Origin: an uncultured delta proteobacterium
Lineage (GTDB): Bacteria; Desulfobacterota; Binatia; UBA9968
DNA length: 64,000 bases
Assembly (NCBI GenBank): GCA_963745035.1
Contig: CAVUVW010000015.1
Location: 288,001 to 352,000, forward strand
Direction of reading: 5' to 3'
A program made the translations under genes and the position numbers. The notes under the pieces are model-generated. The model did no database searches and was not told where the DNA came from. It worked only from the letters and a program-made list of their open reading frames with translations. Shown here piece by piece: positions 1 through 9,677 of the stretch (the first letter of the stretch is position 1; every line of letters starts with the position of its first letter).

Positions 1-593
1 AGTTCACGAAACGCCGGCCTGGGAGCCGATGCGACACCGGCGTCGACTAGACCTCGATCCAAGGAGACGAAGATTTCCGGCAGCGCGCCGTGATGGACGA
101 ATTTCGTGTCCTTTTCAGCGACGCCTGCCTTTCTCAACGCCGCTCTGGTGGTGGTGTGAGTCGCCGAGCCCGGAGCGCTGACGCCGATGTTTTTTCCCGC
201 CAGATCGGCCATGCTTCTTATCGGCGAATCCTTCCGCGTCCAGATCGAAAGAACGACGTAGTTGCTCTGCGCGCCGACGAAGACCAGATCGCTGCCGCTG
301 AGATTGGCGGAGATCACCGAAGGCCCGGCGAAATGTCCAAGCTCGACGGTGCCGCCGGCTAGCGCCTGGATCGGCGATGCGCCCCGGCCATGAACGATCT
401 GAACGTCGAGGCCGTATTTTTCGTAAAGTCCGTGATCGCCGGCCAGCCAAACCGGTCCGTTCGAGGCCGTCAACGCGCTGTAAATGATTTTGATCGAGGC
501 TTTCTTGCTCGCAGCGGGCTGAGCCTGCGCATAGCACACCAGCGCCTGCGACAGAAGAAGGTTGATCGCGAGAGCGAGCAGAACAGCTCTCAC
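1..593 (-). CDS. ABC-type substrate-binding protein, SsuA/THI5(NMT1)-like; runs off the window edge, frameshift near 420
   Basis: Manual translation from GTG 593 (overlapping the VOC stop): MRAVLLALAINLLLSQALVCYAQ...IIYSALTASNGPVWLAGDHGLYEK/YGLDVQIV...DLAGKNIGVSAPGSATH. Shows a signal peptide plus family motifs, with an extra A in a homopolymer run. Confidence 0.8.
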   Translation of the reverse strand, partial: MRAVLLALAINLLLSQALVCYAQAQPAASKKASIKIIYSALTASNGPVWLAGDHGLYEKYGLDVQIVHGRGASPIQALAGGTVELGHFAGPSVISANLSGSDLVFVGAQSNYVVLSIWTRKDSPIRSMADLAGKNIGVSAPGSATHTTTRAALRKAGVAEKDTKFVHHGALPEIFVSLDRGLVDAGVASAPRPAFRE

Positions 594-1009
594 GGGTAGG
601 GCCTGTAGATTTCCGACTCCGGCGGTATCTCCATGAGCTCGATGCTGTTGCCGTCCGGATCGGAGATGAACGCGATGCGTTGCTTGGCGCGGCCGATGAA
701 TTTTCTCTCCGGCTTGACGTTCATCTTCTCCAGATGTTCGAGGGCTTGTTCCAGATCGTCCAAAACTACGCAGAAGTGTATGTAGCCGATCGGATCCGGC
801 GGCGACGGCAGCATGTTTTTCCCGCCGGTAAATAGCTCTATGCATTGGCCCGTGGAAAACTCCAAAAACATGAGCTCGGGCCGATCCCCCTGCGCCTCGG
901 CGTGATATATTTTTTTGGCGCCGAAGGCATCGGCGTACCAGCGCACGCTGCGCTCGGCATCGGCTACTTTGAAAGCCACGTGTCCAAAACGAAGCCCTGC
1001 AATCGACAT
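590..1009 (-). CDS. VOC (glyoxalase/bleomycin resistance) family protein
   Basis: GHVAFKV, IELF, HFCVVLDD and FISDPDGNSIELME give the H/E/H/E metal-binding pattern of the VOC fold. Confidence 0.88.
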   Translation of the reverse strand: MSIAGLRFGHVAFKVADAERSVRWYADAFGAKKIYHAEAQGDRPELMFLEFSTGQCIELFTGGKNMLPSPPDPIGYIHFCVVLDDLEQALEHLEKMNVKPERKFIGRAKQRIAFISDPDGNSIELMEIPPESEIYRPYP

Positions 1010-1027
1010 AGCTCTTTCTCCCTATCG

Positions 1028-2065
1028 CTAGTTTTGATCCTTCAACGAATAAAACTCGACGCAATTATCCCGCAGGATACGCCTTTTGACTGGCTCCGAG
1101 AGGTCTTCTCGCGCCTGGAAGCGCGGGATGTCTTTCAAAAATTCCTCGAGGGTCGGCCGCTCGTGCGGATAGTCCGATGGATAGAGAAGCTTCTTTTCCA
1201 AACCCAAGCCGACGACGTAGGGAATCAGCCTCTCCTCGAGCTCGCATGAAAAATAGATCGGACAGTTGAGAACATAGTAACTCGGCTCTTTGCTGAGCAG
1301 CGGCGCCTGCTGCGAAAGTTTCTCGAATTTTTCGTCGAGCCGTTCCATGAGATAGGGCACCCAGCCGACACCCGCCTCGAGAAATGCCATCTTCAAAGTC
1401 GGAAAGCGTACCGGCGCGCCGTCGAGAATATAGCTGGTGAAATGAATCTGCTGCGCGACCGCATGTTCCATCACCAAAATCTTGATGAATGAATCATAGA
1501 GGTCGAGCCCCAGTCCCTGACTCGAGCCGCCGTGAACCGCCAGCGGCACGTTGAGCCGTACCGCGGCTTGATACAAAGGGTCGTACATGGGATGGCCAAG
1601 TCCGCGCGACAAGCCCGCTGCGGGAATCACGCCGCCGACCATGCCTAACTCGCTGACACAGCGCTCGAGCTCTTCCGCCGCCGCCGCGATATCCTGAATC
1701 GGCAGCAACGCTACTCCCCACAGTCGTTTCGGCTCCTGCTTCAGATACTCGCCATAAAGATAGTCGTTGTAACAGCGCGCCATCACCGACGCCCATTTCG
1801 TGTCCTTGATGTGCGCCATAGCCAAGCCCATGGTCGGATAGAGCACCGAGCCGGCCACACCGGAACCATCCAAGAACGTGCGCCACTTTTGCAGACAAGG
1901 CGTAGAGTCCGGCGCTTTTCTCGTACTGCGCGGCCAGCCATCGAGCGACGGAAACAACGCGGTCAGCGCGCGCCGCCCTTCGAACGGCGGCGGCAAGTAG
2001 CGGCGCAATTCTTCGTCGGTTTCCATGACATGCCCGTCGGCATCGATGGGAGCGTAGTCGGCCAT
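1028..2065 (-). CDS. Amidohydrolase_2 family metallo-hydrolase/decarboxylase
   Basis: IDADGHVME, AVHGG, FLEAGVGW and YPSDYPH motifs; AGGAG RBS before ATG 2065. Confidence 0.88.
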   Translation of the reverse strand: MADYAPIDADGHVMETDEELRRYLPPPFEGRRALTALFPSLDGWPRSTRKAPDSTPCLQKWRTFLDGSGVAGSVLYPTMGLAMAHIKDTKWASVMARCYNDYLYGEYLKQEPKRLWGVALLPIQDIAAAAEELERCVSELGMVGGVIPAAGLSRGLGHPMYDPLYQAAVRLNVPLAVHGGSSQGLGLDLYDSFIKILVMEHAVAQQIHFTSYILDGAPVRFPTLKMAFLEAGVGWVPYLMERLDEKFEKLSQQAPLLSKEPSYYVLNCPIYFSCELEERLIPYVVGLGLEKKLLYPSDYPHERPTLEEFLKDIPRFQAREDLSEPVKRRILRDNCVEFYSLKDQN

Positions 2066-2079
2066 TTTTTCAACTCCTG

Positions 2080-3087
2080 TCACTTGCCCCAGAGGGATTT
2101 GTAAAAACCCTCGCTGATCAGCTCTTGCACGAGGCTGTTGTCATAGAACTGCTCGGCGGCGAGGTCTTTGGCTTTCGGATTCTTGACCGCTTCCTGTTCG
2201 AGCACAACCTGCACGCCCTCGCGTCTGACCAACGGGATCTTCTCGGTGAAATCCTGGGCGTATTTCAAGCTGCCTTCGAGCATGCCCGGGTCCTCGACTT
2301 TGGTATACTTAGCGAGAATCGTCTTCGCCGCATCACGCTGTTGAAACATCGCGTGGGTGGCTCGACCGAAGGCACGCAAGAATGCTTTGGCATCGCGGCG
2401 ATTCTCCTTCAGATAACGGCGCGACGTCGTCAGTCCGGCGATGACAAAATAGATTCCTTCATTCGCGAGATTGGCCAAAACCCGATTGCCGCGTTGTTCG
2501 GCAACGTAGGACATGGGCGAGGAGAGCGGCGCGGCGCTGATCGCGCCGCTGCTGAGAGCCGCCGCCAGTTCCGGCATGCCGCCGGATTGAATCACCGTAA
2601 CATCGCGGCCCGGTTGGAGCTTGTTTTTCTGGAGATACTCGCGGACAGCGAAGTCGGAAGACGAGCCGAGGCGGGTCACGCCGACGCGTTTCCCTTTGAG
2701 ATCTTGGACACCCGCGATCTCCGGCCGCGCAATGATGTAAAAAGCCGTCGTGTTGATCACGGCGCCCATCAAGACCAAGTCGCCGCCTTGCAGGCCGCTG
2801 CTCACGACACTCGAGCTGTTGGCGGTCGAGATCACGACCTCGCGCGCGAACATCGACTGCGCCATCGTCGTGGAGCTCGGAATGTAAACGAGTTGGACGT
2901 CCAATCCTTCCTTCTTGTAGAAGCCCATCTCCTTGCCGATCCAAAACGGCAGAAACACCGACGTGACAGAGGAATAACCAACAACGGTCGTCTGCGCGGC
3001 AACGAAGTTACACGGCAACGAGCACAGCGTTACAATGAGCAGCGCGATTCTTAGGAAATGCGCCCGTCCTTTTTGTGCGCTCATCAT
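2080..3087 (-). CDS. ABC-type substrate-binding protein, SsuA/THI5-like
   Basis: Signal peptide; GFYKKEGLDVQLV and DLKGKRVGVTRLGSSSD motifs. Confidence 0.88.
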   Translation of the reverse strand: MMSAQKGRAHFLRIALLIVTLCSLPCNFVAAQTTVVGYSSVTSVFLPFWIGKEMGFYKKEGLDVQLVYIPSSTTMAQSMFAREVVISTANSSSVVSSGLQGGDLVLMGAVINTTAFYIIARPEIAGVQDLKGKRVGVTRLGSSSDFAVREYLQKNKLQPGRDVTVIQSGGMPELAAALSSGAISAAPLSSPMSYVAEQRGNRVLANLANEGIYFVIAGLTTSRRYLKENRRDAKAFLRAFGRATHAMFQQRDAAKTILAKYTKVEDPGMLEGSLKYAQDFTEKIPLVRREGVQVVLEQEAVKNPKAKDLAAEQFYDNSLVQELISEGFYKSLWGK

Positions 3088-3185
3088 CGCTTTTCCTTAC
3101 TCTGGAGCAAAGAGATTGTCCAGGTATCCCGCGCCGCTGATCGCTTGGCTTCGGGACTTCGCCCGAATCAACGAACAAATCTTCT

Positions 3186-3214
3186 TTGACAGCTAATTCG
3201 TTCTGGACTATCTA
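3186..3214 (+). promoter_or_regulatory. Putative sigma70 promoter of the LVIVD-rhodanese-copCD operon
   Basis: TTGACA-N17-TATCTA upstream of the AAGGAGGA RBS and ATG 3282. Confidence 0.45.
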
Positions 3215-3281
3215 CGGAACAACATCGACCGTGGTGTACGAGATCGATCTAGTCATACACTGCCCGAAGGAGGATACTGAA

Positions 3282-4686
3282 ATGAATCATCTCGCAAACT
3301 TCCACCGTTCTTTAATCGGTGCATTCTTATTGCTTCTCCTTTGCACGGTGCCCGAAGTCTCCGGCCAATCGTCGATTCTCGGTGGCGCCCAAGGACGGCA
3401 ACCAAGTTATGGCGAACTGGAGAATTTTACGATTCTCTCCTACACCGATCTCGATGGCTGGGACCAAGCGGCCGAGTTTCGCATCAGCAAAGACGGCAAG
3501 CACGCCTATATTTCGAATTATCAAGGCTTCAGCATCGTCGACGTCAGCGATCCAGCTAAACCGCGCGATTATCTCCAAGGTCAAGAACCATCCCAGCGTG
3601 CAGAGCCAGTATATCGATGTGCTGGGAAATCTCTTAGTCATCAATCAGGACGGAGTGCGTGACCAAAAGACCTGGGAAGGCGGCATCCGCCTCTATGATA
3701 TCAGCGATCCGGCCAAGCCGCGTGAGACTGCATTTTTCAAAACCGACGTGTCGCCGCGCCGAGGCGTCCATGGATTTTGGCTGCACGAAGATCCCAAAGC
3801 AAGGAAAGTTCGCTTTCATTGCCACCACCAAGGAAGGCTACTACGATAATATTTTGATGATCATCGACATCAACGATCCCGCCAATCCGAAAGAAGTCGC
3901 GCGCTGGTGGTTTCCCGGGCAATGGACCGCCGGAGGCGAAAAACCGGGAGAAGATTGGGTCGAGCCGGACGGCGGCCTGCGTCAAGGGCTGCCGAAAATC
4001 TGGGTCGCGCTGCACGACATCACGACTTACAAAGACCGCGCCTACCTCGCCTATCGCGACCAAGGCGTGATCATTCTGGATATCAGCGACGTGCGCAAGC
4101 CGACCATGATCAGCCAGATCAAATGGTCGCCGCCCGAAGAGGGAAACACGCACAGCATCGGCATCGTAGTTCCGTCGCACGGCGGCAGGCCCGATATCAT
4201 TGTCGCCGGGGACGAGATTAGTCCGTCCCGAAAATTGTCCCTTCGGGTACATGCACATGATCGACGTCCGCAACGAGAAAAATCCGGTGCAGATTTCGAC
4301 ATTCAGGCTGCCCTTGAACAAGTTCTGTCCTCCTGATCGTCCCGGCCGCCGCTTTGGCATCCACGATGTCGACCGGATGATCAAAGGGGAATATCGTTTT
4401 CAGCGCCTGGGAGAATTCCGGCTTTTGGGCCGTCGACATTTCCGATCCTCACGCGCCTAAGGCCGTCGGCCATTTCGTGCCGCCGGTGTTTCGCCGAGTG
4501 AATTCGGACGCCGGCCACGCCGACGATGTTTTCGTGCACGACAACGGCTTGGTTTTCTTCAGCTCGTCCGATCCCGGCGGCGGCTTCTGGATTACGCGCT
4601 ACACGCCCGGCGTAAAAGGGACGGTGTCGTGGACGCCGGATAATAAAAATGTCACCGTGAAGTATGAGAAGCGGCAGGAGAATTGA
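3282..4686 (+). CDS. Exported LVIVD-repeat beta-propeller protein (about 4 frameshifts, probably sequencing errors)
   Basis: Repeats FSIVDVSDPAKP, IRLYDISDPAKP, LMIIDINDPANP, VIILDISDVRKP, MHMIDVRNEKNP and FWAVDISDPHAP across consecutive ORF fragments; signal peptide; strong RBS. Confidence 0.85.
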
Positions 4687-5094
4687 TTCAAGGCGGACTG
4701 CTTCCACTACTGTCGTTCGTCTCTCTTGCTCCCAGTCGCGGCTCTTGCCGGTCATGGAATTGAAGACACCATCGACATGCTTCCCGCGGAAAGGGTGAAG
4801 CAGCTCATGGATGCCGGCGAGAAGCTTGTCTTTATCGACATGCGCCCGGCGAAGGAGTATCAGCAGAATCGATTGCCGGGAGCGCGCTCGCTGCCGATCG
4901 CCGAAGTGGCGAACCGCTTTAGTGAGATCCCGAAAAGCGGCCGCGTGGTTCTCTACTGCGACTGCAAGACCTACGACATCGCCGATCGCGCCGTGTTCCT
5001 GGAGTATCGCGGCTATCGAAATATTTTCGTCATGCCGGAAGGTTATTCGGGCTGGGTGAAGCGCGGCTATCCGATCGAAACCAAATCTCGCTGA
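4683..5094 (+). CDS. Exported single-domain rhodanese with C-x-C active-site loop (start uncertain)
   Basis: FIDMRPAKEY...RLPGA...VVLYCDC...GYRNIFVMPEGYSGWVKRGYP; hydrophobic N-terminus ending ALA-GHG. The ORF track starts at 4726; a TTG at 4683 plus one indel gives a fuller signal peptide. Confidence 0.82.
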
Positions 5095-5450
5095 TGATTC
5101 GGTGGAGCGCCGCTCTATTCTTGTCGTTGCTAGCGCCGTCGCCGCTTTCGGCTCACGCCTATCTGGTCAAATCCGTCCCCGCCCAGCGCGCCGTGTTGTT
5201 CCGCGCGCCGGATAAGATCCAACTCTGGTTCAACGAACGCCTAGAGCCGCGCTATTCCTCGATCACGGTGAGCGACGCCGAGGGCAGGCCGGTGGACGCC
5301 GGCAAAGCCGAGGTCAACGCGCAAGATCCTAAGCAGCTCTCCGCGTCGATCAAATCCCTGCCTGCCGGCCGCTATTTCGTCAAATATCGCGTGCTCTCGG
5401 TCGACGGTCACATCGTTCAAGATCAATTTCCCTTCACCGTCAAACAATGA
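5094..5450 (+). CDS. copC: Periplasmic copper-binding protein CopC
   Basis: Signal peptide followed by mature N-terminal His (A-HAYLVKSVPA); C-terminal VLSVDGH motif; LWFNE. Confidence 0.92.
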   Translation: MIRWSAALFLSLLAPSPLSAHAYLVKSVPAQRAVLFRAPDKIQLWFNERLEPRYSSITVSDAEGRPVDAGKAEVNAQDPKQLSASIKSLPAGRYFVKYRVLSVDGHIVQDQFPFTVKQ

Positions 5451-7460
5451 CCGACCTTGCGGCAGTCGTTCGATTTGTTCATGTGACGGCTGCCGTGCTT
5501 TTAGCCGGTGCTTTCAGCTTCACCTTGCTCATCGCGCGGCCGGCCTTTCGGCGTGCTGGCCGATGAATCGCGCGCTGAATTCGCGGCGTTCTTGCATATT
5601 CAGTTGCGCATCGCCCGCTGGTGCTGGCTCGCGCTCGTCGCATCCGCTTTGCTTGGGCTCTGGCTGCAAACCGCCGCAGTCAGCGAGTCCGCCGATTTTC
5701 GCGGAATTCTTACTCTCCTCCGGGAAACGCAGTACGGCAACGTCTGGTCGGCGCGGCTGATCCTAGCGCTCATCTTGCCACTTATATTTCGGTTCGAGTC
5801 GAAGCGCCGCGGAAACGATGCCGGCATTCTTACCGTGGTCGGATTTATTCTAAGCGCTGCTTTGCTCGCATCGCTGGCGCTCGCAGGCCACGCCGCCGCT
5901 GCCGAAGGTAGAGCGCTGATCGCCCAGGTCTCAGTCGATGCTCTGCACCTTCTGGCCGCGGGAATCTGGCTCGGCGGTCTTCTGCCGCTTGCCCTCATGC
6001 TGCGCGAATGCAACCGCAAAAGCGCTGCTGTGACACTTGCCGTCGCCGGGGCAGCGACACAGCGTTTTTCTACTCTCGCGATGGTATGCGTCGGCACCGT
6101 AATGGTGACCGGCGCCTACAACGCGTGGACGTTGGTTGGTGGCTTTCCGCCTTTGTTTGGCACCGCTTATGGCCGGTTGCTGCTGCTGAAACTTGCTTTG
6201 CTCTTGCCACTGCTCGCTGTCGCGGCCGTGAATCGCTTGCGGTTTAAGCCGAAAGTCGTCGAAGCAAGTTCCTATCAAAGCAACTCAACGCTCGTGAGAA
6301 AACTCATCCACAACGTCTTTCTGGAAACAAGTCTCGGCGTCGGCATTTTGCTTATCGTCGGCTATATGGGTGTCACGCCGCCGGCGCGTCACGTCCAAGT
6401 GGACTGGCCGTTTTCAACGCGCTGGGATTGGAGCGTGCTGGACAAAGCGCCCAAGGCCCAAGCAGAAGTCGAGCGCGGTATTGTTTGGGCGGCGATCGGC
6501 GGCGTCGCCCTGATAACCACTCTGGTGCGGCGCCGTCGTCGGATCGTGACGGCTGTCATTGGACTCGGCGCGTTAGCGTACGCCGGCCGCGTGGCGGTCG
6601 ATGCGGTTTCCACCGACGCTTATCCGACCACCTACAAGCGTCCGGCCGTGGCCTATCAAGCGATCTCCGTCGCCAACGGCAAGCAGCTTTACGAGGATAC
6701 CAGCTGCGTCTCCTGCCACGGACCGGCCGGCTATGGCGACGGACCACTGGCGGAGGAGTTGCGCCCCAAACCCGCCGATCTCACCGCGCCTCACGCCAAC
6801 ACGCACACCGCCGGCGATCTTTTTTGGTGGGTCAGCCATGGCGTCAAAAATACCTCGATGCCGGGCTTCGAGCAGAGCCTCGGCGAAGAGGAGCGCTGGG
6901 ATCTGATCAATTTCATGCGCGCGCTATCGACCGGCGACCGCGCGCGCTCCCTCGCGCCGGTCATCGAGAACGAGCCCTGGCTCATCGCGCCGGATTTCAC
7001 TTACGTGACGAATGCCGGTGAAGCCAAGACGCTCCGAGATCACCGGGGCGCCAGAATCGTCCTGCTGATCTTGCTCGATGTGAAAGCAACGGAGCAGCGT
7101 CTGAAGGAGCTCGTTGGCGCCTTACCCGCCCTCCGATCGGGAAATGTCGAGGTGATCGTAATTCCCAATCTCATCGACCTGCAAAACGTAGCCGATCGCC
7201 TGCCGGGACTCATCGTCAGCGAAGGCATCCGGGAAATCTCCGAAACCTACAAGCTGTTCGCTCGCTCCTTCTCCGATGAAGGCCTGGTCAGCGGCACGCG
7301 CCATGTGGAATTTCTGATCGACAAACAAGGCTACATCCGCGCCCGCTGGCTGCCGGCGGAGAACGAAGGCTGGAAGAGGATTGAGATCTTACTCAAGCAA
7401 ATCGATCTGCTGCGCAAGGAAAGACCTCGCGCTCCCGCGCCCGATGAGCATGTGCATTAG
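5447..7460 (+). CDS. copD: CopD-family copper transport membrane protein fused to a cytochrome c domain and a C-terminal redoxin-like domain (frameshift near 5560)
   Basis: ATG 5447 overlaps the copC stop. CopD motifs LAGHA, LHLLAAGIWLGGL, RFS and TAYGRLLLLKL; heme motif CVSCH with distal MPGF; C-terminal APDF...FLIDKQGYIRARW. Confidence 0.85.
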
Positions 7461-7521
7461 CCTTCGATCGATCTTGATGAGCGAACCCGCGGAGGTAAGA
7501 AGAACGTTTGACAGGCAGCCG

Positions 7522-9498
7522 TCAATCGAGCAGCTTTCTCGTATCCAGGTGAATAAACCGCGCGCCGCGGTCTTTGGCGCGCTCGACCATGTCCTCGGTG
7601 CCGCCCGGCCCGTCACCGGTGGCGCCGTTCCACAATGCGATCAGGGTAAGATGATCCTGCGACAGGGCTAGCGCGTTGTGAAGCATCCACAAATTGGACC
7701 GCTGCCAAATGTTGTAATTCTTTTTCGCTCGCAACCAGCGCGGCAATCGATCCGAATCGGCGAGGATTCTTGGCGTGAGCTTTTCATAGAGCCGGTTGAA
7801 TCGCTCGACCCACTCCGGCCCGCTGTCCGCCACCGAGGCCTTGATGTAGTCTTTTTTCGGCAACACCAGATACATCTCGCTCGGAATCTTCAACTCCTCG
7901 CACACTTCGTGAAAAAGAATATCGCCGCCGGACGCGCCGCCGGTCAGGCCCACCAGCTTGCCATCGGTCTTTTCCTTCTCCCTGCTCACAGCGTCCAAAA
8001 TCATTGCCCTGGCCTGTTTTTCCTTGGCGGCGGGAAAGCGCGGCGTGGAACGGTTCGGTCCGTCGATACGATGTCCCGTAAACAGGATTACCCGCGGCGG
8101 AGGCTCTTTCGAGTAGCCGACGACCGGCGCAATCTGGTCCAGCCCTGCCTGGATATTGTCTTTCAAAACACCGAGACGCTGATAGAGCAGTAGCTGCCGT
8201 CGCACCGCGTCGCGCGCCTGCTCGGAGACGTCCGCCAGCGCCTTTCTATACGCTTGCCCCACGCGATTGGGGCGGCTCGACGTCAAGCAGAGCAGGTCGG
8301 CCGCGCTAATATCCGCCCATGCATCGGTCTTGCCTGTTCGCTGTAGCGCAAACTGCTTAGACTCGACGGCCAATCTGACGCCGGAAGCAAGATCGCCGCG
8401 TAGCTCTTTCAACGCGCGCAGTCTCTGCGCCGCTTCGTCCTTGGAGTCGAAATTGTCTTCCCAGGTCGCCGGCTGGGCTTGAGCCAGCTCCGTCAACATG
8501 GTCACCATCGCCAGGGCGTTTAAACCGGAATAAAAATGATTCCGGTCTTCGATGAAGCCTCGACGGTAAAGTTCCAAAGATTGCTCGACGAAGGGCGATG
8601 TGAGCGCGGCTTTCTGTGCCTCTTCGACCGGCGCGATCGCGGCCCAACTCCGCTCCCAGTGGTTCTTTGCGTTGCGTCCCATCAGAGCGCGGATCTCCGC
8701 CCGTTCGGCGGCTGAGCTTCCCCTGCTCTGCAGCGCGCGCTCCACCGCCTGGTCCGAGCTCACCGAGTCGCCGAGCCTTTGAAAGATCGTGGCGAGCAGC
8801 GTGTTCGCCTCGACGTCCATGTCGTCGTAATCGCGCACGGCTTGCCACGTGACCTTCGCGCCTGCCCAATCTTTCAAGGCAAATTGCCCATGGCCGACCA
8901 GACGCAGGCCGGTGGCGCGCCAATCAAAGTCGTCGATCTCCGCGGCCAAGAGCTGCAGGTCGCCGCCATGGTTCGCCGCCTCGGCCCGCTCGATTTCCTC
9001 GCGAAAATCCGCCGGCACGGCGATCACGGTATCCGGGTCCGCCGGTTGCAGGTTAGGCAGCAATTGATACACCGGGCTGTCGGCGTTTTGGGAATCCAAC
9101 GTCAGTTTGAGCGCCGCCGCCAGAAGGTCCAGAGCCCCGCGCGGGTCGTTGGCATCATAGGCCAGATACCTGTCCGTCTTGAGGTCGAAAGGTACGTCGC
9201 TTTCGTTCGCCGCGCTCGACTTGATCAGAAACGTCCGTTTGTCGCGCAGCGCATGGCGAATGCCCAGCTCATAGAAAACATTGGCGTTGTGAATCGAGAT
9301 ATCGGCAATCACCAGATCGGCGATGAGCAGCTGCTCGAACATGTCGGTGCGGATGTTTCCTTGCTGAAGAAATTCGCCCGTGGTTCCTCCGGTGAGCCCG
9401 GCCTGTTCCATCGCCGGGCGAATCAACTCTCCTTCCACTTTGTCAAAATCGATACCGCCTTTGGCGCCGAAGGGCCGCACGATAAATACGTTCAGCAT
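7522..9498 (-). CDS. Deoxyribohydrolase/NDT-like domain + TPR-S (DUF4071/MAP3K TRAF-binding-like) + C-terminal SLOG-like domain protein
   Basis: N-terminal FIVRPFG...ADLVIADISIHNANVFYELGIRHALR...PFD; middle MGRNAK, YRRGF...YSGLNA and DAWA; C-terminal LFTGHRID...PRFP, GGASGGD and LWNG..GDGPGGT..MV. Intact ORF of 658 aa from ATG 9498. Confidence 0.75.
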   Translation of the reverse strand: MLNVFIVRPFGAKGGIDFDKVEGELIRPAMEQAGLTGGTTGEFLQQGNIRTDMFEQLLIADLVIADISIHNANVFYELGIRHALRDKRTFLIKSSAANESDVPFDLKTDRYLAYDANDPRGALDLLAAALKLTLDSQNADSPVYQLLPNLQPADPDTVIAVPADFREEIERAEAANHGGDLQLLAAEIDDFDWRATGLRLVGHGQFALKDWAGAKVTWQAVRDYDDMDVEANTLLATIFQRLGDSVSSDQAVERALQSRGSSAAERAEIRALMGRNAKNHWERSWAAIAPVEEAQKAALTSPFVEQSLELYRRGFIEDRNHFYSGLNALAMVTMLTELAQAQPATWEDNFDSKDEAAQRLRALKELRGDLASGVRLAVESKQFALQRTGKTDAWADISAADLLCLTSSRPNRVGQAYRKALADVSEQARDAVRRQLLLYQRLGVLKDNIQAGLDQIAPVVGYSKEPPPRVILFTGHRIDGPNRSTPRFPAAKEKQARAMILDAVSREKEKTDGKLVGLTGGASGGDILFHEVCEELKIPSEMYLVLPKKDYIKASVADSGPEWVERFNRLYEKLTPRILADSDRLPRWLRAKKNYNIWQRSNLWMLHNALALSQDHLTLIALWNGATGDGPGGTEDMVERAKDRGARFIHLDTRKLLD

Positions 9499-9677
9499 GG
9501 ATTTCCCGTCTTGACCGGAACACTTTTCCGCAAGGCTCAAGTCTAGCGTTCTCGGGCGGTGCCCGACAAGCGCAATCTTTGCGATCGCCTTGACGTTGCG
9601 CATCTCGGGCGGCTATAAGCGGCGAGCACAACAAGTAAACCCTGGGTATGAAAGATTCCGGCCACAGGAGGTCGCTT

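Noticed and set aside
4684-4726. Possible UGA readthrough joining the LVIVD protein to the rhodanese (same frame)
   Set aside because: The UGA is not at a catalytic position, no convincing SECIS follows, and the linker reads better as the rhodanese's own signal peptide with one indel.
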